Origin: Deltaproteobacteria bacterium
Lineage (GTDB): Bacteria > Myxococcota_A > Polyangia > Polyangiales > Houyiibacteriaceae
Assembly (NCBI GenBank): GCA_034670305.1
Contig: JAXMNT010000067.1
Span: forward strand, 1-36,910
Direction of reading: 5' to 3'
Length of the DNA: 36,910 bases
Of the stretch, positions 36,790-36,910 are shown in pieces. Both the position numbers and the translations under genes were made by a program. Numbering within the stretch: position 1 is the stretch's first letter; every line of letters begins with the position of its first letter. The notes under the pieces are model-generated. The model did not search any database. It saw nothing but the letters and a program-made list of their open reading frames with translations, and was not told the origin of the DNA.

Positions 36790-36876
36790 CAGGCTGCTGA
36801 AGAACGCCCGCAGGGCGTTCTCGCAGCCTGCCCCTTGCCCCTGCCCTTGCCTTTGCCCTTGCCCGCGGATCAGCGG
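36786..36876 (+). mobile_element. IS5-type element end (copy 2): CTAG target, IR CAGGCTGCTGAAGAA, hairpin and (GCCCTT)n-like tract
   Basis: Inverted copy of 127-217 (90/91 identical). CTAG at 36786-36789 supplies the TAG stop of the preceding gene. Confidence 0.75.
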
Positions 36877-36910
36877 TCAGATCGCTTGATCAGCGCGACG
36901 AGCATCGCGA
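36870..36910 (-). CDS. Probable C-terminus of a second four-helix-bundle (IVP/Avd-like) gene, truncated by the window edge
   Basis: The minus strand reads ...AMLVALIKRSDR*, resembling the family C-terminal helix and the end of the 13298-13609 protein (CAMLFKLSRS*). Only 12 codons are visible. Confidence 0.4.
   Translation of the reverse strand, partial: AMLVALIKRSDR

Overview
High-GC bacterial window. Gene content (Hanks kinases, DAG-repeat lipoprotein, FHA regulator, AgmX/PglI-type domain, Mx162-like RT) suggests Myxococcota, probably Polyangia; this is inference. The centrepiece is an apparently complete retron at 13722-19680: a WGR-like/HEAT protein translationally coupled to a SWIM zinc-finger protein, a readable msr-msd ncRNA (28-bp a1/a2 inverted repeat, msr stem-loop, about 115-nt msd hairpin) and a retron reverse transcriptase with an N-terminal extension. 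This matches the type XIII (Mx162-like) layout. Just upstream on the same strand is an Avd/IVP-like four-helix-bundle gene with a highly structured leader. The retron block lies between two direct copies of a composite (GCCGAA)n plus conserved-core element. The window also encodes a WGR-PARPreg-PARP enzyme with an intact H-Y-E triad, a macrodomain protein, pgm, two Ser/Thr kinases, YdbS/YdbT-like membrane proteins, HscC with a DjlB-like J protein, an MFS transporter and two giant VIT-vWA-TPR lipoprotein paralogues. Both window ends carry the same 91-bp IS5-type end in inverted orientation. Many genes look leaderless. All domain calls come from motif recognition by eye; no searches were run.
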